DNA from: an uncultured Bacteroidales bacterium
GTDB lineage: Bacteria > Bacteroidota > Bacteroidia > Bacteroidales > Muribaculaceae
Direction of reading: 5' to 3'
Assembly (NCBI GenBank): GCA_949285735.1
Contig: CASEAQ010000021.1
Location: forward strand, 5,737-69,736
Length of the DNA stretch: 64,000 bases
Positions 35,938-45,697 of the stretch are shown one piece after another. Made by a program: the position numbers and the translations under genes. The notes under the pieces are model-generated. The model saw nothing but the letters and a program-made list of their open reading frames with translations, searched no databases and was not told the DNA's origin. How positions within the stretch are numbered: position 1 is the stretch's first letter; each line of letters opens with the position of its first letter.

Positions 35938-38391
35938 ATGGTACGCAAGACAGTGGCGACGTTGGCAATCGCAATGTTATCTTATTATTCCTCGATAGAA
36001 GCCGGCATCATTACAGGAAGGGTTATCGACTCCTCGACCGACAAGCCGATGGAATTTGTGAACGTGACAGTGAGCAACAAGCAAAGTGGCAAGGAGCTGC
36101 CAGTTGGCACCATGTCGGGAATCGACGGCTCGTTCCAGCTGAAAAATGTACCCGAGGGAAGCTACCAAGTGAAACTGTCATACGTCGGCTACAAAGCAGC
36201 TTCGGTCAATGCCGAATTGCACTCGTCCAACCAGTCGCTCGACCTCAATGTGGTGGAACTGTACGAAAACACCCACATACTCGACGAGGTGGAGGTGATA
36301 GGCATGAAGTCGCAAATGCGCTTCGAGCTCGACCGAAAAGTGTTCAACGTTGACCAAAACGTGGCAGCCGCAGGTGCGTCGGCAAGCGAAATACTCGAAA
36401 CAATACCGTCGGTCGAAGTTGACGACGACGGCGAAATATCTCTCCGCGGCAACTCGTCGGTGACAATTTGGATTAACGGCCGCCCGTCGGGGCTCACCGC
36501 CGACAACCAAGGGCAGATACTCGAACAGTTGCCTGCCGAAACCATCGAAAAGGTGGAAGTGATAACCAACCCCTCGGCAAAATATAGCCCCGAAGGAACT
36601 TCGGGCATCATAAACATCGTGCTGAAGAAAAACCGCCAGGCTGGCTACTTTGGCGGAGCGCAGGTGGGAGCCAACACCCAAGGCGGATACAATGCCGGCG
36701 GCAACATCAATGTGAACGTGGGAAAGTGGGATGCATACGCCAACATCGGCTTGCGCAGCAGCCACAGGGAAGGGTATAACAATTCATACCGAACATACAA
36801 CGACGGCACCTTCCTCAACTCGCTTGCCGATACCGAGCGGCGCAACACGTCGCTCTTCTTCCGCGCCGGAACAACCTACCACCTGACCGATGCCGATGCA
36901 CTGTCGCTCGGCGGATTCGGAATGGTGGGCGGAGGCTGGAACCGCTCGCGCACCAACTACGAAAGCTCCGTGCCCGGCAGCTTCTCGTCGGGGTTCAGCA
37001 ATAGCGACAGCGACCGTGACGGACGCGGCGGCAACGTCTCTCTCGACTATTCCCACGAATTTGGCGAGGGACACGACTTGATGGCTTCGGTGTCGTTCAA
37101 CGCATGGCGTATGCCCAACAACACCACATATCAACGGCAATATGAATATACCGACTCGCTCGACACCTACTGGCAATACCAAGAGAGCAACGTGAAAGTA
37201 AACAACTGGGAATTCCAACTCGACTACACCAACCAGATAAACGACAAATTCCGCATCGAGGCTGGATATAAAGGCACTCTGAGCCATGAAGACAGCCCAA
37301 TGACCACTTGGACGGGCCCCACCGAAACCGATATGCCGCTCGACGAGGACTTATACAACCGCTTCATCTACGACCAAAATATACAAGCCTTGTATGCGAC
37401 ATTCGGAGGCAGAATCAGCGATTTCAGCTTCTCGGCAGGATTGCGTGGCGAATATTGGCACAACGAAGCCAAATCGCTGGCGTATGGCGACCTGGAGAAC
37501 GAGATAAAGCCGTTCACTACCGACAAGTTTGCATTGTTCCCCAGCCTATTCCTGTCGTACTCGCTACCCAAGGACAACGAGTTGCAAATCAACTACACCC
37601 GGCGCATACGCCGCCCGTGGGGTGGACAATTGAATTCTTTTGTCAACATCAGCGACCCGACAAATATCTCCTACGGCAACCCCGAGTTGCAACCGCAGTA
37701 TTCCAATGCGTTTGAGCTCAATTATATAAAGAATTGGACCAACCACGTGATTTCGGTATCGGGATACTACCGTTCTACCGACGACGTGATGCAACGCATC
37801 AGCTTCATGCGCGACGGCGTGATGAACACCACCAACGAAAACGTGTCGCAATCGCTTGAGACAGGTGCCGAATTTGTTATTAAAAACAACTTGTTCAAGC
37901 GTCTCGACCTCACCACCACCGTCAACTTGTATTACAACAAGCTCGACGGCTTCAGCTTCCTGCCCGAGGGGCTCACGACGCCCGTCATCGGCGAAGAAGA
38001 GAGCGACTTCTCGTGGAACTTCAACATAATGGCATCGATAAGGCTGCCTTGGGACTTGAACCTGCAAATGACAGGGCGTTACCACTCCCGCCAGATATTG
38101 GCACAAGGGTCGCGCGAACCGCGCTACCGCATTGATGGCGGCATCAAGAAGTCGCTCGGCGACTGGTCGTTCTCGGTAAACGTGCGCGACCTGCTCGATT
38201 CCCGCAAATGGAACCAAATGACCTACGGCTCAGACTTCGTGCAAGAAGCCGAACGTCGCGGCGGAGGCAGACGCGTACAATTCTCGGTATCCTATAGCTT
38301 TGGCAACGCCAAAGCCCGCAAGCCCGACAAACGCCCCAGTGGCAACGGTGAAGGCGGAAGCATGGACGGCGGCTACGACATGGACTACTAA
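35938..38391 (+). CDS. TonB-dependent receptor-like outer-membrane beta-barrel protein with CarboxypepD_reg-like N-terminal domain
   Basis: Signal peptide, GRVIDSSTDKPMEFVNVTV carboxypeptidase-regulatory-like domain, plug (IEKVEVITNPSAKYSPEG), a long beta-barrel and a Gly-rich C-terminal tail. There is no adjacent SusD gene. Confidence 0.85.
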   Translation: MVRKTVATLAIAMLSYYSSIEAGIITGRVIDSSTDKPMEFVNVTVSNKQSGKELPVGTMSGIDGSFQLKNVPEGSYQVKLSYVGYKAASVNAELHSSNQSLDLNVVELYENTHILDEVEVIGMKSQMRFELDRKVFNVDQNVAAAGASASEILETIPSVEVDDDGEISLRGNSSVTIWINGRPSGLTADNQGQILEQLPAETIEKVEVITNPSAKYSPEGTSGIINIVLKKNRQAGYFGGAQVGANTQGGYNAGGNINVNVGKWDAYANIGLRSSHREGYNNSYRTYNDGTFLNSLADTERRNTSLFFRAGTTYHLTDADALSLGGFGMVGGGWNRSRTNYESSVPGSFSSGFSNSDSDRDGRGGNVSLDYSHEFGEGHDLMASVSFNAWRMPNNTTYQRQYEYTDSLDTYWQYQESNVKVNNWEFQLDYTNQINDKFRIEAGYKGTLSHEDSPMTTWTGPTETDMPLDEDLYNRFIYDQNIQALYATFGGRISDFSFSAGLRGEYWHNEAKSLAYGDLENEIKPFTTDKFALFPSLFLSYSLPKDNELQINYTRRIRRPWGGQLNSFVNISDPTNISYGNPELQPQYSNAFELNYIKNWTNHVISVSGYYRSTDDVMQRISFMRDGVMNTTNENVSQSLETGAEFVIKNNLFKRLDLTTTVNLYYNKLDGFSFLPEGLTTPVIGEEESDFSWNFNIMASIRLPWDLNLQMTGRYHSRQILAQGSREPRYRIDGGIKKSLGDWSFSVNVRDLLDSRKWNQMTYGSDFVQEAERRGGGRRVQFSVSYSFGNAKARKPDKRPSGNGEGGSMDGGYDMDY

Positions 38392-38414
38392 TTCCCCACT
38401 ACTACTAAATTATA

Positions 38415-38444
38415 AGGACACTCGGCTCGTGTGTCCTTTTTTTA
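38415..38444 (+). terminator. rho-independent terminator of the receptor gene
   Basis: Stem AGGACAC (38415-38421) / GTGTCCT (38431-38437) followed by T7. Confidence 0.75.
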
Positions 38445-38462
38445 TTCCACCGCGAGAGCCAC

Positions 38463-38495
38463 AAAAAAGGACTGTGCCAATGTTTGACACAGTCC
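38463..38495 (-). terminator. rho-independent terminator of the T9SS cargo gene
   Basis: Stem GGACTGTG (38469-38476) / CACAGTCC (38488-38495), followed on the minus strand by TTTTTT. Confidence 0.75.
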
Positions 38496-38522
38496 CCGTT
38501 AATTGATAATCGTTACTAACGA

Positions 38523-41500
38523 TTATTTAACAATGAAGCGCATTGCTTGAGTGCCGTCGGCAGTCTGTACCTTGGCAACGTAGATGCCGTCGGCAAGGCC
38601 AGTAACGTTATAGCGCAGTTCGCTGCTGCCCACGGTTGCCGAGCCTACCATCGCGCCCGATGCCGAGTAGATTGCCACGCTCTCAATCTCGCTGCCTGTG
38701 GAGCTTATGACGAGTGTTTCGCTCACTGGATTGGGATAGAGGCTGAGTGACTTGTCGATAGCTATGGTGCCCACACCCGAAGCAGGCTTTGACACTATGA
38801 TATCATCAACCATGAAGATGAATGCGTCTTCCGACACGCAGTGTATTGCGACATAGACGTTTTGCCCTGCATATTCGCTGAGGTCAACATCGACTTGCGT
38901 CCATTCGCCGGCTGGTGCGCTTCCCGATGCTACGACAGTGAAACTTGCCGGGTCGTTGTCGGTGGTAGATACGCACACTTCATACTGTTCAAGTCCATAA
39001 TCGCCAGTGTATGACTGTACTTGCATTTCGAGTGCCGCACCATCTTCGGGCATGAGCAGCAGCGGCGAGATGAGCCAGTCGTCATTGAGCAAGCTCGTGG
39101 CTGCAAACACGGCACCGAAGCGTTGTCCGCTATAAGGTGCAGTTCCTGCCGATTCATAAAGCGACGGTGTGGTGTTGTAGGGGTTGAATGCCATGAAACC
39201 TAATGTGTAGTCTTCTGGCATCGGGAATGTGATACCATTGAACCCATAAACTTCCGACTGGTCGCCATCGACCGAAATCCATGCCGGGTTGAAGTTGTCG
39301 ATGGCAAAGTCTGCGCAACCTTCAAAGTCCATAGTGTATGGGTCGAGCGGTTCGGCACTTGTTACGGTCTTTTCCACGCTGTTGTTGTCGGGGTTCTCGT
39401 CACCTTCGAGCGTGGCTGTTGCCACGATGGTATAGTCGCCCGGAGTAGCCATGTCGGCTGTGAACGTGTAGCTTGCCGAGGCATACCCTTCGAGCGTTAC
39501 AGCCTGTGCCTCAAGTGCCGTGCCATTGACTGTCACTTCAATAGTACCGTTGGCAGTTTCGCTACCATTGTTGGTCACTTGCACTACGATTGGCTGGTTG
39601 CTTGCAAATATGCCTTCACCGTCGGGCGACAGAATGCCGTCCACCATCAGGTCGTGTGCGATAGGCTCACCCTCGCCGAATATGGCGCGGATTGCCGGGG
39701 TGCCAAGGTTGGCAGACGACTGGTCGATGACATAGTCGCCATTGATGAGGTAGAGCGAGCCAGGTGTCACCATATCGGTAACGAGGCAGTATCCCGAGCA
39801 GCCGACGCACAGCAAGTAATCGCCTGGTTCTATTACACGTGGACTTATAGCATAGTCGATTTGCCCGTTTTCGGTACCTTGGTTTACTTGCACAGCAAGA
39901 ACCTGTTCACCAAGCATATAAACACCTTCCTCAACTACTGCGGTCGGATCGAACTTGTAGAGCGACAACTCTATGTCCTGCCCATCGGCAGCCCCCCAAC
40001 CGATAGAGATTCCAGTGAGGACGTCCTCGGTTGCCAAGTGGATTTGTGTGCCGCCCACATAGGCACCGCCGCCAACGCCGATACAGTAATCCTCGATATA
40101 CATGCCGTCTGTGGTGTGGTCATAGGCGAGCACCTCCTCGGTGGCTGTAATTGTCGCTGTTACAGTGTTATTGCCAGCATTGCCGTCTTCACCGCCAGTG
40201 ACTTCAACCTCAAATTCCACATCGGCTGCAGTTCCTGCACTTGCACTCGAGAGAGCAAATTCGATAGGCACTGTTGTCGTTGAGCCTGATGCGATTGATG
40301 GAACCGTGGCTGTGGCAATAGTGCTGCCGTCAACGATTACCGACAATGTGCCGCCATAGCTGCCGGCTCCGCGGTTGGCTACTACCACTGTAGCCTGTGC
40401 CGACTGGGAAGTTGGAAGCATCGTCGGACAACCGCTTATGCTTGTGATTGCAAGGTCACAGCCAGTTATCTCGCTGATGCTGATACTTGAAATGAAGAAT
40501 GAGCCTGCGGGTTCATCTTGAGCGAATGCAAATTGGTAAACACCCGATTGCTCGCAATTGAATGTGGCTTCGCGGTCAACGAATGCGTCGCCTGTGTAGT
40601 CGTCGATGGCTTCGTCGATGACGCTCATTTCCTCACCTGCGATACCGCACGACAGGGTGAAACTTTCGGTATATGTGAAAAATCCCAAGAAGTCGTAACC
40701 TGCCATATAGTTGTATTCTATGCGGTAGCTCTTGCCTGCCTCAAGGTTGACACCTTGTGAGTAGAGCGGTGTATTCCCGATGCAAGCTATCGCCTGGTAG
40801 TCGGATACATATTCCCAGCTGCCATTGCTGCTCCAGGCTTCAGGTTGTTCACCCGCAGAGAAGTCGGTAACAAATGGCACATCGGTAGTGCCGAAGTGGG
40901 TGGTCGAAGCCGATAGCGAATTATTGTCAAAAGCTTCTTCCTCGCGGCCGTCTCCAGCAGGAACAACATCGCTCACGGTGACTGTGACGGTATATACACC
41001 TGCTGCCGACATATCGGCTGGCATATCGAGTTCGACTATTGCAATATTGCCTTGTGTCAACGTTGCATCAACGGTTTGCAATGGGCTTGTCTGCTGCGAC
41101 CCGTTGCATTCCACGCTCATGGACAGCGAGTAGGACGACACGTCGCAAGTACCATAGTTGCCTATTGTCACGCTCACCGTTTCGCTGGAAGTCAACGACG
41201 GGCTTGGTGCTGGCAATGTTACTTGCATCACGCCGAGGTCTGCCTGCCCGATAAATTTTCCACTGTTAATCTCGATTTTATCGATAAATGCGTAGTATTG
41301 GTCGGGTTCCGAGCATCCGTGTATAGCAAAATAGTAGTCGCCGCCCTCTGGAATGGTGAGAGCTATTTGTTCGCTATATATGTAGCCACCTTGGTAGTCG
41401 ATATATGATTCAATGGTAGTCATGCTGTTGACATCGGGCGAGGTGCCATACAAGATTTCGATGCTTTCGTAGTATGAAGTCGATGCGCCGCCGAAGTCGA

Positions 41501-42023
41501 TAGCCACATAAGCATCACCGCTTGCAAGGGTAATCGGATTGGCTGTGACGAGGTAGTCATCCGACTGCAAGGTCGAGTTATACATCAGAATAGCAAAACC
41601 ATTGTCGCCGTCATATGTCCATGTAGTACCATCGCTGTTGGCATCGACAGTTGTCCAGTTGTTGATGAACGACTCTTCGGTATCGAAATCGCACACAAAC
41701 GGTGCAGCCACTGGCGATGGGTCAGCGAGTGGTTGCGTTGCAGCCGTTTTCACTCTCGTGGTGGTTTCTGCTTTTTTACGCACTTGCACGGCCTGACGCA
41801 TCCTTGGGTCGGCAACCTGCATCGTCTTGCGTTCGCTCAACTTCTGCGCCGAGGCATTATCCTCACATAATTGAAGGTTGACCTGTTGGCTGACTTTCCT
41901 TTGCAGCATCTGCGTTGTAGGCACTTCTGCAGTTGGTATCGCTTGCCTGGCAACTCGCTGGAAAGCATAGCTTCCTGCCACCACCAATGTAGCACACGAC
42001 AAATAAGTAATTAGTCTTTTCAT
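38523..42023 (-). CDS. large T9SS-secreted surface protein (about 1166 aa): choice-of-anchor-J/cleaved-adhesin-like and CARDB-like modules + type A T9SS C-terminal sorting domain
   Basis: Signal peptide MKRLITYLSCATLVVAGSYA. Three modules begin F.(C/T/M)DF... with W..VD..DG / NDDWLISP motifs, and three CARDB-like modules end in FDNNS, AGNNT and PDNNS. The C-terminus LSLYPNPVSETLVI...GIYVAKVQT......RFIVK is a T9SS CTD. The track start at 42179 lies upstream of the promoter box, so ATG 42023 is preferred. Confidence 0.85.
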   Translation of the reverse strand: MKRLITYLSCATLVVAGSYAFQRVARQAIPTAEVPTTQMLQRKVSQQVNLQLCEDNASAQKLSERKTMQVADPRMRQAVQVRKKAETTTRVKTAATQPLADPSPVAAPFVCDFDTEESFINNWTTVDANSDGTTWTYDGDNGFAILMYNSTLQSDDYLVTANPITLASGDAYVAIDFGGASTSYYESIEILYGTSPDVNSMTTIESYIDYQGGYIYSEQIALTIPEGGDYYFAIHGCSEPDQYYAFIDKIEINSGKFIGQADLGVMQVTLPAPSPSLTSSETVSVTIGNYGTCDVSSYSLSMSVECNGSQQTSPLQTVDATLTQGNIAIVELDMPADMSAAGVYTVTVTVSDVVPAGDGREEEAFDNNSLSASTTHFGTTDVPFVTDFSAGEQPEAWSSNGSWEYVSDYQAIACIGNTPLYSQGVNLEAGKSYRIEYNYMAGYDFLGFFTYTESFTLSCGIAGEEMSVIDEAIDDYTGDAFVDREATFNCEQSGVYQFAFAQDEPAGSFFISSISISEITGCDLAITSISGCPTMLPTSQSAQATVVVANRGAGSYGGTLSVIVDGSTIATATVPSIASGSTTTVPIEFALSSASAGTAADVEFEVEVTGGEDGNAGNNTVTATITATEEVLAYDHTTDGMYIEDYCIGVGGGAYVGGTQIHLATEDVLTGISIGWGAADGQDIELSLYKFDPTAVVEEGVYMLGEQVLAVQVNQGTENGQIDYAISPRVIEPGDYLLCVGCSGYCLVTDMVTPGSLYLINGDYVIDQSSANLGTPAIRAIFGEGEPIAHDLMVDGILSPDGEGIFASNQPIVVQVTNNGSETANGTIEVTVNGTALEAQAVTLEGYASASYTFTADMATPGDYTIVATATLEGDENPDNNSVEKTVTSAEPLDPYTMDFEGCADFAIDNFNPAWISVDGDQSEVYGFNGITFPMPEDYTLGFMAFNPYNTTPSLYESAGTAPYSGQRFGAVFAATSLLNDDWLISPLLLMPEDGAALEMQVQSYTGDYGLEQYEVCVSTTDNDPASFTVVASGSAPAGEWTQVDVDLSEYAGQNVYVAIHCVSEDAFIFMVDDIIVSKPASGVGTIAIDKSLSLYPNPVSETLVISSTGSEIESVAIYSASGAMVGSATVGSSELRYNVTGLADGIYVAKVQTADGTQAMRFIVK

Positions 42024-42063
42024 AATAGATAATTTTTTTAAATTAATAATCAGACTTCGATTG

Positions 42064-42071
42064 CAAATATA
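42064..42071 (-). promoter_or_regulatory. -7 promoter box TATATTTG (T9SS cargo gene)
   Basis: Exact TAnnTTTG match on the minus strand, 41 nt upstream of the ATG at 42023. Confidence 0.6.
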
Positions 42072-42407
42072 TACATAAAAACGGATTATGAAATCATTTT
42101 GCCGTAATTTTTTTGAAAATATTGAAATTTTGCACAATTTACATAAAATCACAATTACACACCGCACATATTCCGCCACGCTGTCACTTGAATTTTACAC
42201 AAATAACACTCATTATAGCGCAATATTGAAAGCACATTTCCCAACAAAGTTGAACACCTCCGCAATCTTTCATTATATGTTTATTGAAAATACTACGAGC
42301 AAAGCCACAATGGACTGCCAATGCCGCATACCGCAAGTCGCAGGCATTGCTAAACCGCTTGACTCCAAACTAAGTGACCAATATTGGATTAAAAGGCTTA
42401 TACAATC

Positions 42408-42449
42408 ATAGCACAAGGGAACGGACGCAATGCCGTTCCCTTGTGCTAT
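42408..42449 (-). terminator. terminator hairpin of proS
   Basis: Perfect 17-bp stem ATAGCACAAGGGAACGG (42408-42424) / CCGTTCCCTTGTGCTAT (42433-42449) with an 8-nt loop, 43 nt downstream of the proS stop. Confidence 0.7.
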
Positions 42450-42491
42450 ATGGTCGGCTACTATGTGCAGCCGTTGTTCCCTGAATATAGG

Positions 42492-43976
42492 TCAATAATT
42501 GCGGGCGAAAATCACGCGCTGTGCCGACGGGCGGCCAGTCACCATGCACTTGCCTGGAGTCGTCTTGTCGCCATCGAACGGAATGCAGCGTATCGTGGCT
42601 TTGGTTTCTTCCTTAACCTTCTCTTCGGTCTCGGGAGTGCCATCCCAGTGGGCAAGGATAAATCCGCCTTGCTCGATTTTCTCCTTAAACTCGTCGTAAG
42701 TGTCAACTGTAATCGTTTTCGATTCACGCAACGCCAATGCCTTTTGGTATATGTTCGCCTGTATCTCCTCAAGCAACTTTTGCACGCGTTCCTCGATACC
42801 CTCGATAGGCTCGGTGTGCTTTTCGAGCGTGTCGCGGCGCATCACCTCGACAGTGCCGTTTTCGAGGTCGCGGGCGCCGAGTGCCAGACGCACAGGCACA
42901 CCCTTCAACTCATAGTCGGCAAACTTGAAGCCCGGACGCTTGTTGTCGGCATTGTCATACTTCACGCTTATGCCCATGTTGCGCAGCTTCTCCACTATCG
43001 GAGCCACCTTGCGGCTTATTTCATCAAGCTGCTCGGCACTCTTGTAGATAGGCACTATCACCACTTGTATCGGGGCGAGGTGCGGCGGAAGCACGAGGCC
43101 GTTGTCATCGGAGTGGGTCATAATCAACGCACCCATCAAGCGGGTTGACACGCCCCACGATGTTGCCCAAACATATTCGAGTTCGTTGTTCTTGTTGATG
43201 AACTTAACATCAAATGCCTTTGCAAAGTTCTGCCCCAGAAAGTGTGACGTGCCCGACTGCAATGCCTTGCCATCTTGCATCATTGCCTCGATGGTGTAGG
43301 TTTCGAGCGCGCCAGCAAAACGTTCGTTTGCCGACTTCACACCCTTTATCACCGGAACAGCCATATAGCGTTCGGCAAAATCGGCATACACGTTAAGCAT
43401 TCTCACTGCCTCTTCCATCGCTTCCTCCTTGGTGGCGTGGGCTGTGTGCCCCTCCTGCCACAAGAATTCAGCAGTACGCAAAAACATGCGTGTACGCATT
43501 TCCCAGCGCAGCACGTTTGCCCATTGATTGCACAAGATGGGCAGGTCGCGATACGACTTAATCCAGTTGCGGTAGGTATTCCATATAATAGTTTCAGATG
43601 TCGGGCGTATTATCAACTCCTCTTCAAGGCGGGCATCGGGGTCAACCACCACGCCACGCCCCTCGGGGTCGTTCTTCAAGCGGTAGTGTGTAACCACTGC
43701 ACACTCCTTTGCAAAACCTTCCACGTGGTCGGCTTCCTTGCAAAGAAACGACTTGGGAATGAGCAACGGGAAATAGGCATTCACGTGCCCGGTTTCCTTG
43801 AACATACGGTCGAGCTCGCGCTGCATCTTTTCCCATATCGCATACCCGTAGGGCTTTATCACCATGCACCCCCTCACAGCCGATTGCTCGGCGAGGTCGG
43901 CTTTTACAACCAATTCATTATACCATTGCGAATAATTCTCCGATCGCTTGGTTAAATCTTTCAGCTCCTTTGCCAT
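42492..43976 (-). CDS. proS: proline--tRNA ligase (archaeal/eukaryote-like type)
   Basis: Class II aaRS motifs, an anticodon-binding domain and the ProRS C-terminal zinc-type domain ending ...VIFARNY. The [12 protein letters not shown] start at 43976 is preferred because the TAACTTTG box lies at 44001-44008. Confidence 0.95.
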   Translation of the reverse strand: MAKELKDLTKRSENYSQWYNELVVKADLAEQSAVRGCMVIKPYGYAIWEKMQRELDRMFKETGHVNAYFPLLIPKSFLCKEADHVEGFAKECAVVTHYRLKNDPEGRGVVVDPDARLEEELIIRPTSETIIWNTYRNWIKSYRDLPILCNQWANVLRWEMRTRMFLRTAEFLWQEGHTAHATKEEAMEEAVRMLNVYADFAERYMAVPVIKGVKSANERFAGALETYTIEAMMQDGKALQSGTSHFLGQNFAKAFDVKFINKNNELEYVWATSWGVSTRLMGALIMTHSDDNGLVLPPHLAPIQVVIVPIYKSAEQLDEISRKVAPIVEKLRNMGISVKYDNADNKRPGFKFADYELKGVPVRLALGARDLENGTVEVMRRDTLEKHTEPIEGIEERVQKLLEEIQANIYQKALALRESKTITVDTYDEFKEKIEQGGFILAHWDGTPETEEKVKEETKATIRCIPFDGDKTTPGKCMVTGRPSAQRVIFARNY

Positions 43977-44000
43977 TACTGTTTTTATATTATTTTTTGG

Positions 44001-44008
44001 CAAAGTTA
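44001..44008 (-). promoter_or_regulatory. -7 promoter box TAACTTTG (proS)
   Basis: Exact TAnnTTTG match on the minus strand, 25 nt upstream of the ATG at 43976. Confidence 0.6.
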
Positions 44009-44160
44009 GCAATAATTCCCGATTAGACGTTGTTTTCTTTTTTTGTTCGACGATTTGAGGCTTATTTTCGAGGTGTTTCGATTATTATCTGCGTCATTTG
44101 GCGAGCCAACTGCCGAAAACGGCAGCTCGGAAGCGTCCCGGACAGACTAAATCACAGCTA

Positions 44161-44781
44161 TTACATAGCCTGCTCTATAAGCCCCTCTCCAGGCACGAGC
44201 AATATCTCGATGCGGCGGTTAACGGCACGGTTGGCTACCGTGTTGTTGGGCAGCAGCGGACTGGCATTGCCCATGCCAAACTCGACAATCTCATGCTTGT
44301 CGGCGGTTTCCTTGCGCAACCAGTCAGCCACGGCTGTCGCCTGCTCGGTGCTGCGTCGCTGGCAATATGCCTCGTTACCCGTGTTGTCGGTATATCCTGC
44401 CACCACTATGCGGTAAAACCCGGGCGACACGAAGTATGACACCACCGTGCGCAACCTGCGCTCACCCTTCGCCGTAATCTTGGCACTGCCGGGGGCAAAA
44501 AGCTGGTGTGCAGGCACAATGACCACAATCACCTCGCGGTGCCTCATCATCTCCACCTCAAAGCCTGCCTTCACGAGCGATTTCGCCTTTGTCATCTGGT
44601 AATCGCGCACATAGCTTTTCCCGCCCTCCTCGACTTCGGGAACGGTTATACTCTCATTATATGCCTCGGCGTTGCCGCCGTTAGACGCAATAACCTGCAT
44701 GGCTGCTGTCACAACCATGCAGGCTACCAACATTGTTATGCGTCTGCTAATTCTATTCTTCGTCTTCCAATGTATTTTCAT
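44161..44781 (-). CDS. OmpA family protein (peptidoglycan-binding OmpA_C-like domain)
   Basis: Signal peptide followed by GYTDNTGNEAYCQRRSTEQATAVADWL ... NRAVNRRIEILLVP, the OmpA C-terminal domain signature. Confidence 0.85.
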   Translation of the reverse strand: MKIHWKTKNRISRRITMLVACMVVTAAMQVIASNGGNAEAYNESITVPEVEEGGKSYVRDYQMTKAKSLVKAGFEVEMMRHREVIVVIVPAHQLFAPGSAKITAKGERRLRTVVSYFVSPGFYRIVVAGYTDNTGNEAYCQRRSTEQATAVADWLRKETADKHEIVEFGMGNASPLLPNNTVANRAVNRRIEILLVPGEGLIEQAM

Positions 44782-45070
44782 ATTCCAATTCGCCCTCGAC
44801 CAAGTATTTTATGTCTTCGACATCAATCTGGTTGTCGGGATCCTTTCGTAAACTCTTTTTGACATAGTTGACGATTTCGTTGATGTTGTTCTCGTCAACC
44901 ACATCGTCGTCATACAAAACTTCGTCCTCGTCGCCTTTCTCAAAATAGTCAAACATAGTATCAATCAAAAGCAGTATATCGTCGTCGCTATACTTGTTTC
45001 TGATTTCTTTCGGCACATAGCTCCTGATGAACGATATTGCATCGTTTTCATCAAACTCCTTAGTTTCCAT
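44753..45070 (-). CDS. hypothetical highly acidic protein (105 aa)
   Basis: ORF in the rimM-OmpA interval. It is rich in D/E and has no TM helix or recognisable motif. It overlaps the OmpA-like gene start by 29 nt. Confidence 0.55.
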   Translation of the reverse strand: METKEFDENDAISFIRSYVPKEIRNKYSDDDILLLIDTMFDYFEKGDEDEVLYDDDVVDENNINEIVNYVKKSLRKDPDNQIDVEDIKYLVEGELEYENTLEDEE

Positions 45071-45142
45071 TGTGTTGTTTTCTAAGATAAAAAAATAAGA
45101 AATTATAATGTGATTTTTTAGAAGATAATTTTTTTATGATGT

Positions 45143-45673
45143 CTATACGTTAAACAACCCCTCGGGCAAGGACATAGCTATTACCTTGCCCTCAAGGTCG
45201 ATATTGGTTACAAGTTCATCGGCTGCCGGCACAAGTACCGTCGTGCCGTCGCCACGTTCCACCACGAAAAGCACATTTTCGGTGGCATCGTCAATGTCAA
45301 CTATCTCGCCCACCACGTCATCGCCGTCGGTCAGCGTGTAGCCTATGAAATAGTCGGTGGGCACTTCATCACCATCCTCCACATCTTGCAGTGCTTCATA
45401 CTCGCGCTTGGGCACATACACCGTCTTGTTGACAAGCCGGCGCACCGCCTCGGCACTGTCCATGCCACTGAATTTCAACAGCAACGTCATAGCCCCTTTG
45501 CTACGCACCGAGTCGGCGAAAAAAGGCACGAATATGCCATCGATGTCACACACGAAGCAACTGAACTCCCTTGCAGTTTCTCCGTCGCAGTCGAATGTGG
45601 CACTTATCTCTCCGTCCACGCCATGAGGCTTGTTGAACATTCCTATCTCAATCAATTCGTCGCGAGTAATCAT
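45143..45673 (-). CDS. rimM: 16S rRNA processing protein RimM
   Basis: The N-terminal GKPHGVDGE-type motif (FNKPHGVDGEI) and a PRC-barrel C-terminal domain; 176 aa. Confidence 0.9.
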   Translation of the reverse strand: MITRDELIEIGMFNKPHGVDGEISATFDCDGETAREFSCFVCDIDGIFVPFFADSVRSKGAMTLLLKFSGMDSAEAVRRLVNKTVYVPKREYEALQDVEDGDEVPTDYFIGYTLTDGDDVVGEIVDIDDATENVLFVVERGDGTTVLVPAADELVTNIDLEGKVIAMSLPEGLFNV

Positions 45674-45697
45674 CTCTTTGCTTTATAATAATTGGTG

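Noticed and set aside
42024-42179. N-terminal extensions offered by the ORF track: 42179 for the T9SS protein, 44012 for proS, 26410 for serC, 25329 for serA, 52518 for the mutase, 49905 for nadD, 50369 for DUF5063, 60602 for the adaptor, 60681 and 63075 for the AraC genes, and 33830 for the small membrane protein.
   Set aside because: The extensions use TTG or GTG codons, run across the TAnnTTTG promoter box or into the upstream gene, and remove otherwise canonical N-termini or signal peptides. Internal ATG starts were preferred.
42088-42411. A 107-aa plus-strand ORF in the AT-rich spacer upstream of the T9SS cargo gene.
   Set aside because: It has no promoter box, a composition unlike neighbouring genes and low-complexity sequence. 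It also runs into the proS terminator hairpin.
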